DNA of 64,000 nucleotides from Eledone cirrhosa (Eukaryota): contig OZ024743.1 in assembly GCA_964016885.1 (NCBI GenBank), positions 368,156,001 to 368,220,000 of the forward strand. The letters run 5' to 3'. Numbering within the stretch: position 1 is the stretch's first letter; the number at the start of each line of letters is the position of its first letter. A program made the translations under genes and the position numbers. This document shows, one piece after another, positions 38,583-52,689 of this stretch. The notes beneath the pieces are model-generated. The model saw nothing but the letters and a program-made list of their open reading frames with translations, searched no databases and was not told the DNA's origin.

Positions 38583-39779
38583 TCTGTATATATAATATAA
38601 AAGAGAGATGTTTGTTGGCTAGTTGAATCACAGAAAAACTACACACACACATCTAAAGTGAGGCAGAGAGAGAGATAGACCATTACATAGAGACCATACA
38701 CAGAGAGATACAATTAAAGTGTTAGATATTGAGAGAGAGAGAGTGACATCCCAGAAAAGTCTAGAATTGGCTTAAGCTATAAATTAAATTATCTGTTGAA
38801 GGTTTGACAATATTGCATTAGCTTTTATAAAGTCTTTTTATACCAGTCTTTGATTTTACAGAACAATGAAAAATTAATACTATTTGAAATTAATATATGG
38901 TGTATATTAATTTAGCTTTTCGAGGATAGTGTTGTGTTATTATTGACCTATTTCAGATGACAGTGTTAACCTATTCTCTAAGGCTGCTATTCACATTTAT
39001 TTCTATTTTTTTTTTATATTGCTTTGTATTGTTTTTTTTATGATATTTTTCAAGAAAATTAATTTCATCATGTCACCAAAACATCGCTCATCTATCGGGG
39101 GAGTTACAATGTCCGCCAAACGTTTGAAATCTTCAAGCGAAAGAGAAACTCACAAACAATATAAAAAAAGACTTAGGAATACAGAGACAAGTCAACATTG
39201 TGACATTCAGCAGAATATGAGATGGGAAACACAAAGTTAAGACAACAAGAAAGATGATCACAACTTTCTGAAAGTGTACTGAACCTGAGACAGGAAACAA
39301 AGATTAAGACAAGAAGAAAGACTATCACAACAAACAGAGGTTCAATATGAAAATCATCAAGAGGCAATGAGAGTTGCGATGCAAACTTGACAAGCACAAA
39401 CAGCTCTTCAAGGCAGAATAAACTGGCTATGTGCTGCGTTTTCATATGATCCATCCAAGAATTATAGAAATGATCCTAAAGTCGCGATTTGGTAGCATGG
39501 ATATTACACTTGGCATGTGTTGCTTAGGAGGAAAGGTCAGACTTCCACTGATAGAGAACCCTCCGCCTGTTATCTGTATACTGCTTACAGACCATACTAA
39601 GGAAGCTAAACACTTCAGAAGCAGTGTTATGTGATATATTGCTGCATTTCAGATGATGTCCTTTGGAGCTGAAAAAGATCATACTGACTATGGTTATTTT
39701 ACATTTAAAATCCAAGTCCAATGCTGCCATTTAATCGGCAGTTTACTCCCCCAGCCTAATAAGGAAGTTTTATGATTTT

Positions 39780-39858
<79 letters not shown>

Positions 39859-39989
39859 GGTCTCACCTCATGCAGTAAACCAGACAATACGTTTAACGTC
39901 TGTCTTCCACTCTAGCCAATACAATCGTTTTCTCTTTTACCTGTCTTCTCTTAACTGTTCTCCTGAGCGAAGCCAGGTACCTTAGCTAG
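38583..39989 (+). mobile_element. Internally deleted Helitron retaining an N-terminal RepHel fragment
   Basis: A|TC start and CCTGAGCGAAGCCAGG..CTAG|T end. Peptide GMCCLGGKVRLP..PPP..KHFR..AAFQMMSFGA..TFKIQ..HLIGSLLP. (CT)n at 39783-39856. Confidence 0.85.
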
Positions 39990-40469
39990 TTCTCTCATAA
40001 AACTGGACTTTCAGTACTACCTATGTAAACTTTACACTATCTCAAGAATCTAACACTTAAAAAAAATTACAGATTAAAGATTCTCTAACACTTCCAACAT
40101 TGTTATAGCTTAAAAAATAATTGAGTGTTCAATGTTGTTTCTACAGTGGACAAAGCATATTGAAAATCACAAATAGTAGTTGAAAAGAATGGTGTTCCTC
40201 AGTAATATGTTCTTCCTTTCTTTAATATGATAATGTGATTTGAAAAGGATTTGGTTGCTATTTCTAGCATGCCACGTAGCTACGTAGAGGCTCCATGTTT
40301 AATAATTTCTTTTGTAATATTTAGTAGGTAGTTATGTCTTTTGTGTAAATAATGATAGGCCTGGATAGCTTTCTTTTCATTTCAACAATTGAAATAGAAG
40401 AATAAATCACCTTCAATTAGTAGTTCTTTATTTTATTTAGAAAACCTAGTTAAAATATCTGAACACAAA

Positions 40470-41012
40470 TACTGGGGCATTCAATGAGAGTGTTAGACTC
40501 CACTAACGGTGCATACTGTTACCCCTCCTTTTCACTACCTTTATGGACAGGATTGACATGCGCAGGGTTGGAAGTGGTATTGAGACTGGCGGGTGTAGGA
40601 TCAGTTGGCTGGAATTTGTAGACAACATGGTACTATTTAACTTTTCAGAAAGTGATCTCCAACTTACACTTGATATGTTTGATGTTGAGTGCTGCACAGC
40701 TTGAATGAAAATCTGTGCTGGGAACACTGACACTAGTTCTATCAAGAAAGCCTGTGCAGTGCACTCTACATGTGAATGGAGTTCTACTGAAGCAGGTGAA
40801 GAAGTTCTCAGGGACTGTGTTCACAAGTGATGGAAGGCAGGGGGCTGCATTAAGTGCAAAAACTGCAGGAGCTGGTGCAGTAATGTGCCAGCTTCAGCAT
40901 TCAGTCATCTGAAGAAGGGCTGTAGGTGTAAAAGCCAAATGTGTTATCTTCAATTTGGTATTCATGTCAAGCCTTATCTATGGTCATGAATCTTGGGAAA
41001 TGACGGAAGAAT
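40470..41012 (+). mobile_element. RTE LINE RT fragment, interrupted by a CR1 and resuming at ~42189-42330
   Basis: LLFTTFMDRI, EFVDNMVLF, VFTSDGR, LIYGHESWEMT. After the CR1 it continues GCCAAAATGGG..GGAGTAATGTTATTTGATAAAGTG, as in 44320-44440. Confidence 0.8.
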
Positions 41013-42188
41013 ATAATAATAATGAAATTATTGTGTAAAGTGCTCAGGTGCACTACAACTCGTCAAAGGTGCATGTATAGTACATAGAATAATATACAAA
41101 TATCAGGGAAGTGAATAGTGTATGAGTCATGATATACATGTGTGTATGTGTATGGAGGGGGAACATTAGGTGTAGTGTTGGCGAACCTCGGAAAGCATGA
41201 GGGTTTTAAAGGATGCAGTGTCTCGGCAGCTAACAACTGATGCAGGTAGTTTGTTCCATGCTTCAGCAACTCTGAGCGTGAAAAAATGTTTCCGAAAGTC
41301 ATGGGAACTGTGCTGTTTTCTGACTTTGTGGGCATGCCCACGTGTGTTAGACACGTGGAAATCAAAAAGGTACTCAGGGTTGTTGTTGGCAAGATGGTTA
41401 ACAATTTTGTGGGTGTTTACCAATTCAGTTGCCAGGCGTAGGAGCTTCAATGTATCGATGCCCAGGGAAGCAAGGCGTTCAGAGTATGGTGGATGTCTGA
41501 TGGAGGGTACTTGCTTGGTTGCACATCTCTGAACAGTTTCCAGGCGGTCAATGTTCTGAGCAAGATAGGGGTTCCAGATTGCTGATGCAAATTGTGTGGC
41601 CACACCATAGCCATGTACAGCCTTAAATAGGTAGCTGGAGAGCGGCTGACAAAGGTCTTGCTGAGTGATGCTAAGACACCCTCGGCCCTCTTGACAATTT
41701 TAGAGACGTGCTTCGTCCAACGCAAATCACTGTTGACCGTAATGCCCAGGTGACGTTCACAAGAAGATTTCTTGATATTAGTGCTGTGGAGGGAGTATGT
41801 GGACGCTCGGTTTTTACTCCCAAAATGCATGGTGGTACACTTGTCCACAGCTGGCTTGAGTTGCCAGTCTGAGATCTATTGTTGCATTGTGTCCAGGTCA
41901 GACTGTAAGCAAGATCTATAGTGTTCAGGATCTGTCCTTTTTATCTCAAAGTACAGCTTGATGTCATCTACATCCTTTAGTACTGTGACATTCTTTAAGT
42001 TGGCATCTATGTCATTAATATATGCCACAAACAAAAGGGGGCCAAGAACAGATCCCTGTGGTACACCAGATGATATTTCATATGATGAGGAATGCTGTCC
42101 CAGAACCGTGACTATCGCTCTTTGACTGAGAATGAAGGACTTCAACCAATTAAAAAGATCATCCTTCACACCCATTGCAGAGAGTTTT
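41013..42188 (-). mobile_element. 5'-truncated CR1-type LINE
   Basis: SGVPQGSVLGPLLFVAYINDID, DDIKLY, KCTTMHFG, ERHLGITVNSDLRW, WNPYL..IDRLETVQR, TRGH, FFTLRVAEAWNKLP and an (ATT)n tail. Confidence 0.92.
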
Positions 42189-42969
42189 GCCAAAATGGGA
42201 TACCTCTGAAAGATTTTGGGAGTAATGTTATTTGATAAAGTGTGTATCTCAGAGATCAGTGTCGCTCCATGTAGAGCTGCTACCTCTCTGAATTGAGAGA
42301 TCACAACTCACAATTACAGATGTGGTTAGAATGACTCATCTGTGCATAGTAGAAGGGAGGATCTAGCTGCAAAGATTATTGATTCAACACAAAATCCTCT
42401 CATCCATGCAAGTATAAAAAATGGATGTAAAACAACAACAAGATTTGCCTTGTTAGTTTGACTCATTCAATCTTACAAACATATAGGCTATATTTGTTGA
42501 ACACCATCATCATCATCATGTTATGTTATTACTATCATCCACAAATTTATTGTTGCTTGTGTTTGAGTTTTTCAAAGGTTTACAGAATTGTATCATTCAT
42601 AACACAGATTCTTGCATTTTTTTATGTTACTTCATTATCGTATTTTATGTGTTATTTTCTATTGGATTACATGTAGATTAACAAATCTATTAAATCTTCT
42701 TTCTTTGATTCAATGTTTCTCCAATTTTAGTTACCTCATAATTCCTTGTTTCACACGGCTCTATTGTTAAGTTTTTCAGCCAGGTCTTTATAGCAGTCTC
42801 ACTACATGCGTTTATGATTCCAGCTACCAAATTATAGAGTTCCAGATTATTTCATGTTTCACTGTATTAGATATTATAAAATGTTATAGATGGCACAAGT
42901 TTATTTGATCGTTGACATCGATGACATGTGACATCTGATCATTGGTCATGTCATCTTTAGACTGTTTCA

Positions 42970-44190
42970 TTATGACAAATTTGAAAAGTGAAAAATTTTC
43001 AAGTTGCAGATAACTACTTGGTGATCAGTTGACAGCTCACCTCCTCTCTTAACATGAACATCCAGCACAGAATCAAAGAGATCAGAGACAACAACAAAAT
43101 CAGTTATTGATCGTTGTCCCTGATTCCCCTTATACCATGTATATTTATGTATGTCTCTGTGCTGGAAGAAGGTATTCATAATAGAGAGTTCATTGCAAGA
43201 ACATAAATTCAGTAAGTCTAGTAAGACCTCTCCATTCGTATTTAGATCAGTCGCATTCCTTCCAATCACTCCTTTCCATGTCAGGTAGTCAGTGCCAATA
43301 TGTGCATTGAAGTCTTCCATCAGGATATATGACTCGGTCTTAACTACATCTAAAGCTGCAGTGACTTCATCAAGGAAGGACCTGTATTTGAACTCCTTGT
43401 TTGGTGCATAAACTTGCATCACCCACAGAAACCTATCTTTCAGCCTTAGCTTTAAGAGGCAAATCCTCCCTCCTAACGGGATCCAGTCCATAACACATTC
43501 TGACAGTCATTTCTGGTGCCACACCTGAATAGTAGAGTTTCCATCCAAATCTACAGTATTAGAGCCACGGAGCTTAGTTGAGGAAACCCCAACTACATCT
43601 AGCCTGTATCATCTAGCTTCCTCCACTAGTTCCTGCTGCTTACCTGTAAGAGTTGTGATGTTCTAGGTTTTAACTGTCAAGGTTTGCTCCTTTCTGGACC
43701 TTTTTGGGGGGTCTCGGGATATGCAAACTTTGTTCATCTATCCCACACCTCCCAGCACAGGTCAGAGGCCCACCGCCAGTTTTAACAGCATGAAATGGAG
43801 ACTGCAATATATTTTCCGAAATGCCCCCCCCCCTCTACCTAAGGCCTGGACACCCCCCTTGTTAACCCACACGAAGGATAATACAGTATGTTTTTTCTTT
43901 GTTTTCTTCACCATATTGCAGTTTCAGTGGTCTTATTCATGCTAGTCATCAATCTGGTACTTTTTCTAACCCACAAAGACTTGGGTTATTTAGAGGCGGC
44001 CTTTACTCGCCTCATCATAGATACATCACTGGGTTGTGAGAATTTTCTTGGGAGACACAGGTGTCACCCATTGCTCCATCTCCCCTATTAGTTTACTGTT
44101 GTTGGTCTGGGGTTTCTTATTCATCCGGCAGTTTCCCACTTATATCGCCACTAACCATCATATCTGGTGGCCATATTGCTATCTGCCACA
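42970..44190 (-). mobile_element. RTE LINE 5' part (5'UTR + APE endonuclease)
   Basis: NITTLTGKQQELVEEAR, QVYAPN, MEDFNAHIG, NTFFQHRDIHKYTW, SITDFVVV, LSTDHQVV. Confidence 0.82.
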
Positions 44191-44194
44191 TGCA

Positions 44195-44670
44195 ACCCAT
44201 TCTTTAGCTCTGCTGAGAAAAAAGCCAAACTTGCTATCAATTCAGTAGTCATGCCAACCATTACATATGGTCATGAATCTTGGGTAATGACCAAAATAAT
44301 ACGATTGCTAATACAAGCAGCCAAAATGGGGTTCCTCCGAAGGATCTTTGGAGTAATGTTACTCGATTAGAGTGCATAGCTCAGAGTTCAGAGAATCACT
44401 CCAGGTAGAGCTGCTACTTCTCTGAATTGAGATATCACAGCTCCGATATTATGGGCATGGGGTTAGAATGTCTCAGGAAAGAATTACTGGATAGATTTTA
44501 TAGGCAAAACTAACCAGTAGGGGCAGACCCTGAGCAAGATGGTTGGATAACATCCATGAGTCATGCTTGGGGATCCAGCCAGATCAGTTGGAGACAGTTG
44601 CTTCTGACATGACCTGCTGGAAAGAGTGTTTGACGACTCTGCCACCACGACCTTCTCAGGAATTAGTGTG
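44195..44670 (+). mobile_element. RTE LINE 3' part
   Basis: KAKLAINSVVMPTITYGHESWVMT..IQAAKMGFLRRIFGV. Ends as 7615-7990 does. Confidence 0.82.
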
Positions 44671-45129
44671 CAAAGAAGAAAAAGTTTCAAATCATTGATT
44701 CTTTTACCAATAATAGTTTTCTTCAGGGTTAAATAATTTGTACTTTTGTGTGTTCATAATTTATTTTGGTTATATAACAAAAGTTATCTTTGTTTGGGAC
44801 AAAGCCATCCTGATAAATCATTAGGTGTTTCCAGCTGAAGGCTTACTATCTTTATGGTATGGCATACTGTCTCGAGATTTAGGATCTGTAACCTATGATC
44901 CTCATTTTAAAGATGGAAGAATGTTTGTTGCCCATTACTTAGTAAAAGGATATATGGTAACCTTTTTTATCCATCACTACTCTTGCTAACATTATTGAGT
45001 GCTTTGTTCCCTTAATTGCATTTCACCCTCATGTAAAATCATTTTACACTATATAACTGCACCTATTTAGCACCCTGTGGAACTTAGTAATACAGTAGAA
45101 AGGTGCAACACTTACTTAAATTGTTTACC

Positions 45130-46050
45130 ATGAACATACCCACTCCTTCTACTTCACCTTGCTGTTATTCTTCCTGTGTGAAATGTCTATACTAGTGCAG
45201 TCTTCTCTATTGCACATGATAATTGATTTCTCTCATACTCAGTTTTTCTCAGTTCATACTCAGTTTTTCTCAACTCATTTGTGTTCTACCATTCATGCAT
45301 TTTTACATTATATATCGAACAAAGTATGGTCACTTCATTTCTTTTGAGTGTCTGCATTAAATTCCTGTGTTTCACTACCATGAAATATCCCTATTTATGT
45401 TGAAGCATCACACAATCTATCCTTCAGTCAGAAAAAAATCCCTTTTTTGCAAACATATGTAGTAGCTCTTACCCTAAATACTATTGATCTTACTCTGACT
45501 ACAACATTTTCTCATCACCCAGATCCACTACTTAGTTCCCCTGAGGATGCAGCCAATTACTTCTTGTAAGCCTGCAAGGCATTTGCAAGAATTTATTTCA
45601 TGTGTATGTTTATTACTAACTACTCCTGTAAATCAGCAGGCCTGTGATCCCACTGCATATTTTGTGCACACCCATAGTGTATGCTGGGTACACACTATGG
45701 TATTCCTATCTATTCTTTTTTTATATATTGAACATGCCCACTTCCCAATTGACAGTAGATTTCTATATACTTTCTTTCTAAGACTTTTGTTTTGTATAGG
45801 TTTTTTGTTAAAACTTCTTAAATCTAGGCTTCCTCCAATGTTTGACTGATTGAGATATGAGAACTAGGTTGTTGGCATACAGAAGTTCCTATCAACAACT
45901 CCTTGTTATATTCTGGAGAGTTATATTAAACAGTAGGGAGACTGAGAACCATACCTTGATGGACACCTCCTTGCATGTTGCTAGCTTTCAACTTGTTGAA
46001 AACACTTCTTTACATGGTGTATATGGCTCTCACAGACAATTTGAGAGACA
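45130..46050 (-). mobile_element. Highly decayed RTE LINE of the PHD-bearing family
   Basis: Minus strand gives GVHQGMVLS, ELLYANNLVLIS, GKWACS..RNTIVCT..LWV.K.CSGITG, collinear with 62460-62830. Confidence 0.65.
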
Positions 46051-46129
46051 GTCTTTTTAACAACCATCAAACAGAAACAATATAAGCTAGAGAAGGCTTG
46101 CCAGCCTGACAACCTATGACTACTTCTTT

Positions 46130-46475
46130 AGTTTTAGTGTCATAAGAAAATGCACACAGTACACCCTAAACTATAAAGTGGATGGTGATCAAACAGAGAC
46201 AATGTAGGGAACTTTCCCATTTTGCTGTGCATAGGACAACCTCTCTAGTGTTGGTGTCATGATAAAAAAACATTCAATACACTCTGTAAAGTACTAGTGC
46301 CACAGTAAAATGTATCCAGTAAGATGGTTTGTTGTAGGAAAGGCATCTAGTTGTAGAAACCATGCCAAATATGGAATGTATGAGCAAGATGAGGTCTTTC
46401 CAATCCATCTAGTCTCAGACCCCGGCAATCTGTCTAACTCAAGCTAGCATGGAAAGCTGACATAAAACGATGACA
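46130..46475 (+). repeat. SINE-like dispersed repeat sharing an RTE-type 3' tail
   Basis: ACACTCTGTAAAGT..AGGAAAGGCATCTAGTTGTAGAAACC..GCTAGCATGGAAAGCTGACATAAAACGATGA. Relatives at 24800-24945 and 63690-63915. Confidence 0.6.
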
Positions 46476-49022
46476 CACACACATTCACACACACATGTTA
46501 TAGATATAATATAAACATTTATTCATCTAGCCCTTATCCACTATGTTTTCTGATATTTAGACATTTATTCTTGTTGCATTGTGATGATTTTATTGGCCCC
46601 AAAGTACAGATCAAAGAAAGTCCTTTTTTGATATTGAAAGATTTTATATACAAGGCTGAATGAATATTTGACTCTTTTTTTTTTTTATGGCTTATTAAAT
46701 AATTTTCTCTCCTGTCATCCAATTGTTATGAATCAATAGATCTTGTATGTCAAGCATGCTGACTTTTCCCAGTCTTCTATATTACTTCTGAATTGTGATT
46801 GTTTCACTGCTAATATTCTAATGCATAACCAGAATAGTTTTGTGAATATGGTAACAGTCTCTTATTGAATTATCAAGAAAGAATTCAATAAAAAGGCATT
46901 TATCTTCTTTGCTGTCTTCTTCCCAATTCAAAGAATAGATTTTCATAACATAAAAAATCTAGTAGAACATATTTTGGTATAAATAAATGGCTTTTATAAA
47001 TGTCTTTATTTGTCTTGACTAACTTTGACTTGTTATAATTTAAGCTGGTTCAAGCCTGGTACAATTCCTCTGTAATCAATTAGTTCTTTTTTATCAGTTA
47101 TTTATCTCATTATTTCATTTACTTGAATTTTTTCAAGCTGCTATTATCCATCACTGCCCCATATACAATCCAGCTTGTCCATTGTCATCATATATTCATC
47201 AAAATGCTGTCATTTTCCCCACATTCTGATGCTTCATATAGCTAGATGTTTTCTCAGTTCAAATTATCTCCTTCAGATTCTACTTCCAGAATACTACCTT
47301 TCATATTCACCCCACTTATTTTCTTTCACTTTTCTTTTCACTTCTATTGTACTTTCATTTCTTTTATATTTTTACCTCAACATATTTATTTCTTTTCAAC
47401 CATTCCCATTGTATAGTGATGGTAGGTACCACCATCAACATACTGCTATCACTACCACTATCAATTACCACCATTAACATATCACTATCAACATGCCAAC
47501 ATCATCATACCATCTCTGTCATGTCATCATACCACCATCACAGATCAATTTCTCTGCTCATGATTCACATCTATTCAGCTGTACACTTATAACTACAACA
47601 TACAATCTGCCTTTTATGTTCAAATATCATCTAGAGAGAGAAAAATGTTTGAATTTATCATTATCTTCATTTCCATATCCATTTTCTGCACTAACAAGGA
47701 TTGGAAGTGTCTGCAGTACATGATATTAGTAAACACTTCTTATACTATAGATGAGGATTGTTATATGAAATAAATAGTGGGAGACATTTCTAGCATTTTG
47801 TCATTTTGAGAATAAAATTCTATGTGAAACTCTCATGCCTCTATTTTATCTAAACAATAGTTTGCTGTGAGTGAGTGTTTGAAATTTGAATTAATTTTAT
47901 AGATTATCAAGTTATTTCATAGATTCATCAAATTTTGGGGAAATCAACATTTTTAATACCCTCATTTATCTAATGTTTCATGTAATTGTTAGCCATAATA
48001 ATTGATCATGGAATTGAATTTTAATTAGCTGTTCTTTTGTTATATTCAGAATCCTAATGTTGTAGGAAATGTTACAACTTATTGTAGTTTTGAAAGGAAA
48101 AAAATAAATGAAAACAGTAGCAATATTTTGATTCAGTAAATCTCATGTATTGTTATAATATAGTTTATTGGGGTAGATTTAAAGCCAAAAAGAAATATAT
48201 TGATTATAGATGGATGAAAATGTGTTCTTTCTTTCTTTTGTGATTTTAAATTTCAAAGTAGTCAATTTTGAATAGATTTATAATTTCTAGCCACATAAAA
48301 ATGTTTATTAATAACAATTATTTGATATCAACCATTCAGCTTATTAAAATAAAATTTCATTGAACATGCAAAATAGCATTTTTAATTAGTATACAATTGT
48401 AAATTGCAAAGCAGGTTGTATCATATAATGATATTGAGGAAACATTTGATTTTTTTCATATTTTATATGAATGATAAAATATATTTTACTTGTTTGTGTA
48501 TATTTTCTAAGTTCTTAATCAGTTCATATATGATATTTCATTTCACATAATTATATATTTAAAAAAAAAAAGGAGGAAAATATGGGAGAAGACACTCTCA
48601 ATTACATGGCAAATAGTGATGAATTTTTCCACTGATATTTTTTGAAGCAAACCAAACTTACTTGCTGCATTGTCACAAGTGTTAACGAGACTAAGATGCT
48701 GGAATAACCAAGCACCTTTAAAAACATCACCTGATATGTCAAACCTTGTTGTCAGTGACCCAGGTTCTCCAAATGTCTAAAACGCCACAGGTTGAAAATA
48801 ATAGTTTGCTCACAATTCTTGACATTTAGGAGTATTAATTCCAAAATTATTTTTCCATCTAGGCATAGTATGCATCACGATTCTAAATCTTTTGTTTTAC
48901 TTTTATTCATGACCTCTAAAATTTGTTGTTGCGAGGGGTGACGAAAACAGATGATACCAAGAAGTGTACCTGGCTATAAAATATGGTCACAAAACTCATG
49001 CTGGTATGGAAAAGCAGACATA

Positions 49023-50680
49023 TCTTTATATATATAAAAGCGAGGATGTGTGTGTGTGTCTGTGTACAACTTTGGATACCTAAGGCTTTTACAATTACCA
49101 ACCGAATTTGACCAAATTTTCTGTGCACGCTGCACAGGTCGCTAAGATGGTCACATCACAAACATTTTTCAAATCGACCCACGTTGAGCAATAAAAAATC
49201 GATATCAAAATTATTGGTAGCAAAATTGATGTAAGGGAGATAACCAACTTTATTGACAATCCTTATAAAAAAAGGGAGATAACTAACTTTATTGACAATC
49301 CTTATAAAGAGACCGTTTTCAATTTTAAAACAACAATCATCGTCGGACGAAATTTCAGAAATATAAACATCAGATTCATTTGAAGATAAATCACTAATAT
49401 TATCGTTTGCTTCTTGTTTATTCTTTGTTGCACTTTCAAAGTTAAAAAAACACTTGTTGTTTTAACTTGTTTCACTATATTAAGTGTTAATTTTCGCGGT
49501 AAGGGCCTAATCTCGCAGCAGTCTTGAATTGACAAGATTTTGATGATGGTTTGTTTATTTTTAGAACAATCCTTATGGGACTTTCCATTCAAACCATTGG
49601 GACCTACAGCTTTTTTTAAAGTAATTTCGTCCACATTTGAGGCAGGCATTATCTATGCTTCCAGCTGTATTCGTACACATCAAACTTTTTTGACAATGAA
49701 GGAACATACTGAACAGGATTCTTCCTGGATGTCCACGGATATATAAATCTATTGATACTGTATGTGATCCACAGGATGCGGTCAACTATTGAGTTGAATT
49801 TCTAAATTCTTTAAATCCTCCTGCTTTACCTCCTAATACATTGGTTCTGAAAGAGGGAACGCCAGTTATTTTGCTGAGAAATATCACTCCTCCAAAACTA
49901 TGCAATGGTACACGCCTTGTGGTTAAAAAACTGTCTCCACTTAGTATTGACGCTACCATTCTATTCAGATGTGGAAAAGGCGAGGATGTGATAATAACAA
50001 AAATTAGCCTGACTACATCAGGCGTGGATACTCCCTTCTCCTTTCACTGAACCCAATTTCCCTTTCGTGTTGCCTTTGCGATGTCCATAAACAAGTCGCA
50101 AGGTCAAACTCTATCCGTCGCTGGAATTCACTTGGATGAACCTTGCTTTTCGCACAGACAATTCTACGTTGGCTGTTCACAAGTTGGCAGTCGAGATAAT
50201 CTATTTGCGTTTGTTCCGAAAAGAAAAACAAAGAATATTGTCTATCCTGAAGTGCTTTAGTGTTAACAAAAAAACTTATTACAGCTCTGCCTTGACTTCA
50301 CCTTACTCATTACAAAACATACCAATGAATATGTCATGCAGGATATTTTGGATTACAAGTTCAAAATTTAACCATACACAGCAAAGGATGCTCTCAAAGA
50401 ATAGATTTTCTCTTATTCTACTCTCATTGTTTTTTTGTTTGTATACAACTCTGCTTTCATTACAACTTCCTGTTCAGTGTTTTCCTTCATTATCAACATA
50501 GTTTTATGTGTACAAAGATTGCACTAAATATTCGTTTGCATTATTTGTACAAAGATTGCACTAAATATTCGTTTGCATTATTTTGACAGGTTGGGGACAA
50601 ATAATGTTCTTCTTTTATTTCCTAGCTGTATATTCTTAGCATAATTTCAAACCCCGAGCAACGCTGGGTAAATCCGCTAC
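49023..50680 (+). mobile_element. Internally deleted Helitron retaining the Pif1-like helicase C-terminus and a piggyBac fragment
   Basis: A|TC start and CCCGAGCAACGCTGGG..CTAC|T end. Peptide [79 protein letters not shown]. Confidence 0.92.
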
Positions 50681-51812
50681 TATACAATAAAACTAAACTT
50701 TCTAAAACTTCCACCATCAATTCCAAAAATTGACCGTTACAATTTATTTTCTTTAAAATATATCACTAAATAAAAAATCTTTAAAATAATTGTACTTGTG
50801 ATTTTTATTATTATTACAAAGTCTGCAGAGATACATTATCCTCTCAAACTTATTTTGATGCTTGGATTTATCCAGCTTGGTTCATATATGGAAAACATGA
50901 AAATATACAATCCATTAAGGGATCCTATAAGCAATTGCTTGACTTATTAGAAATAGTTGGCAAATCTCCCTTAAATCCCATTGCCATTGTCTTACAAAAA
51001 GGAAATATACACTGAATAATGTAGTCGTAGATATGTAAAATGATAGAATGGTTATGGCTAAAGTGTCTTTGATTATATGTCTCCTTGATAAAAACTGGCT
51101 TTGGTTTAATAACATGAAAAGTAAAGGAATTCTTTAGGATTAACCAGTCACCAGTGAATTCTCATCATTGCTTACCTAAAAAATTTGGTCCTCCTCTACA
51201 AAAACATCAATGCTTTGTCACTGTCTTATCTTTTAAACATCTTTTAATGTAGAGCTTGAAGTTATTTCCATTTCTACCCAGGAATATTGCTAAGCAGTTG
51301 CATAGCAAATTATGGTGCTAAAATAAACACTTTTTGCAAAGAGCTATTCAGAAGTCTTAGTTTACTTTGCACTTGAAATGCCTCAAGAGTATTTTTTATA
51401 TGTTCTATATTTTTTTACATTACACAACTAACTAATGTTTTGAAACTAATTTCTGGTTGGTTGTCAGGTCAGTAATTGTACATCATCATCACCATTGCTA
51501 TCAGCATTGTCATTTCTAATATGAAGAATTGTCAAATTTCAAATTTGTTTCTTTAAATTTTCTTTTATATTTAATTTTTTAATAGGAATTGATTTCATTA
51601 CTTAATTTGGTGTGATATTGTGAGCACTACTTATTTCACTTGAATACAAAATCATTTTACAATGACACACACAGTGTTCAAATGAATATGACCTCTGACT
51701 TATGGACATCTTCATTCAAACAATTCAACTGTTATTCTTCCTCGTTACTTTGCCAGAAGACATTAGTTATTTGATTAACAATTCACATTTGTAATCATCA
51801 TTATTATTTCTA

Positions 51813-51930
51813 TGAGTTCAAATCCCGCCGAGGTTGACTTTGCCTTTCATCCTTACGGGGGTCAATAAAATAAAGTACCAGTAATGCACTGGGTAATTGC
51901 TGGCCTTGTGCTTAAAGTAGAAACAATTAT
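51813..51930 (+). mobile_element. 5'-truncated tRNA-SINE with a 19-bp TSD
   Basis: ATTATTATTTCTATGAGTT at 51800-51818 and 51926-51944. Confidence 0.88.
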
Positions 51931-52689
51931 TATTTCTATGAGTTACATGCAAGTTTATACTGCATTATCAGGTGCACTTCCATAATCCTGAAGTGTGTGC
52001 AACATTACGTATTCTTTTCTGAGGTGGAGGGAATACAGACTGCTATTAGTGTTTGTTTTGTTATGTTTTGTACATTAGCTTTCTTTTGTAGTTCAGCTTG
52101 TTTCTAGTGTTATTTTCAGTGTTTATTCTGTTGTGAATGGTATGTGTAATTTAAATTGTTATTTTAGTGTAGACTATATTGTAGTATATATGTTGTGTGA
52201 GTTTATTTTATTAAGTGTATGCTGTGTATGGCGATCGTTCTATTTGAGTTGAGCTATTGAATCAATATGAATTTGTGCAAGATGTGAGCTATTCCTAGAA
52301 GTGTTATTTTCAGTCTTGCATTGTAAAACCTAGTATAGCTTCTATATCTTTGGTCATATTTATTTTTATTATAACTATGCTCTAATTATTTTTGGGCCCT
52401 GGTTTTACCTTCATGCACCAATATCTTGAATATTTTCAGTTCAAGATTCTTGTATTCCAAGAGTTTGTCCACATTATGGGCAGTATTTTGGTTAGAAGGG
52501 ATTGCATGCAATTTTTTTCTAGTCATTGATAATTATATCTCAATAGTTTGCTTTGATCTCCTTGTCAGTTTGGATGGGCATATCCCAAATGGTTATGGCC
52601 AGTGTTAAGTGATAGGAAAGGCTTCCAGCCATCAAAATCTTGCCAAGCCAAAGGTTGGGAGGTCTATTCAACTATATCAAAACAAAGAC

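Noticed and set aside
43985-44025. Possible ribozyme in the RTE 5'UTR (minus strand TGATGAGGCG..CGCCTC)
   Set aside because: Only a hairpin. It lacks CUGA and GAAA in the required positions.
48863-48945. Possible next Nrx-IV exon (AG followed by ..MHHDSK..)
   Set aside because: The HHDS frame is phase-incompatible with the phase-1 donor at 28655, both frames hit stops, and there is no good donor.
49590-50260. Host PIF1 helicase gene
   Set aside because: Intronless, contains stops, and lies between Helitron termini.
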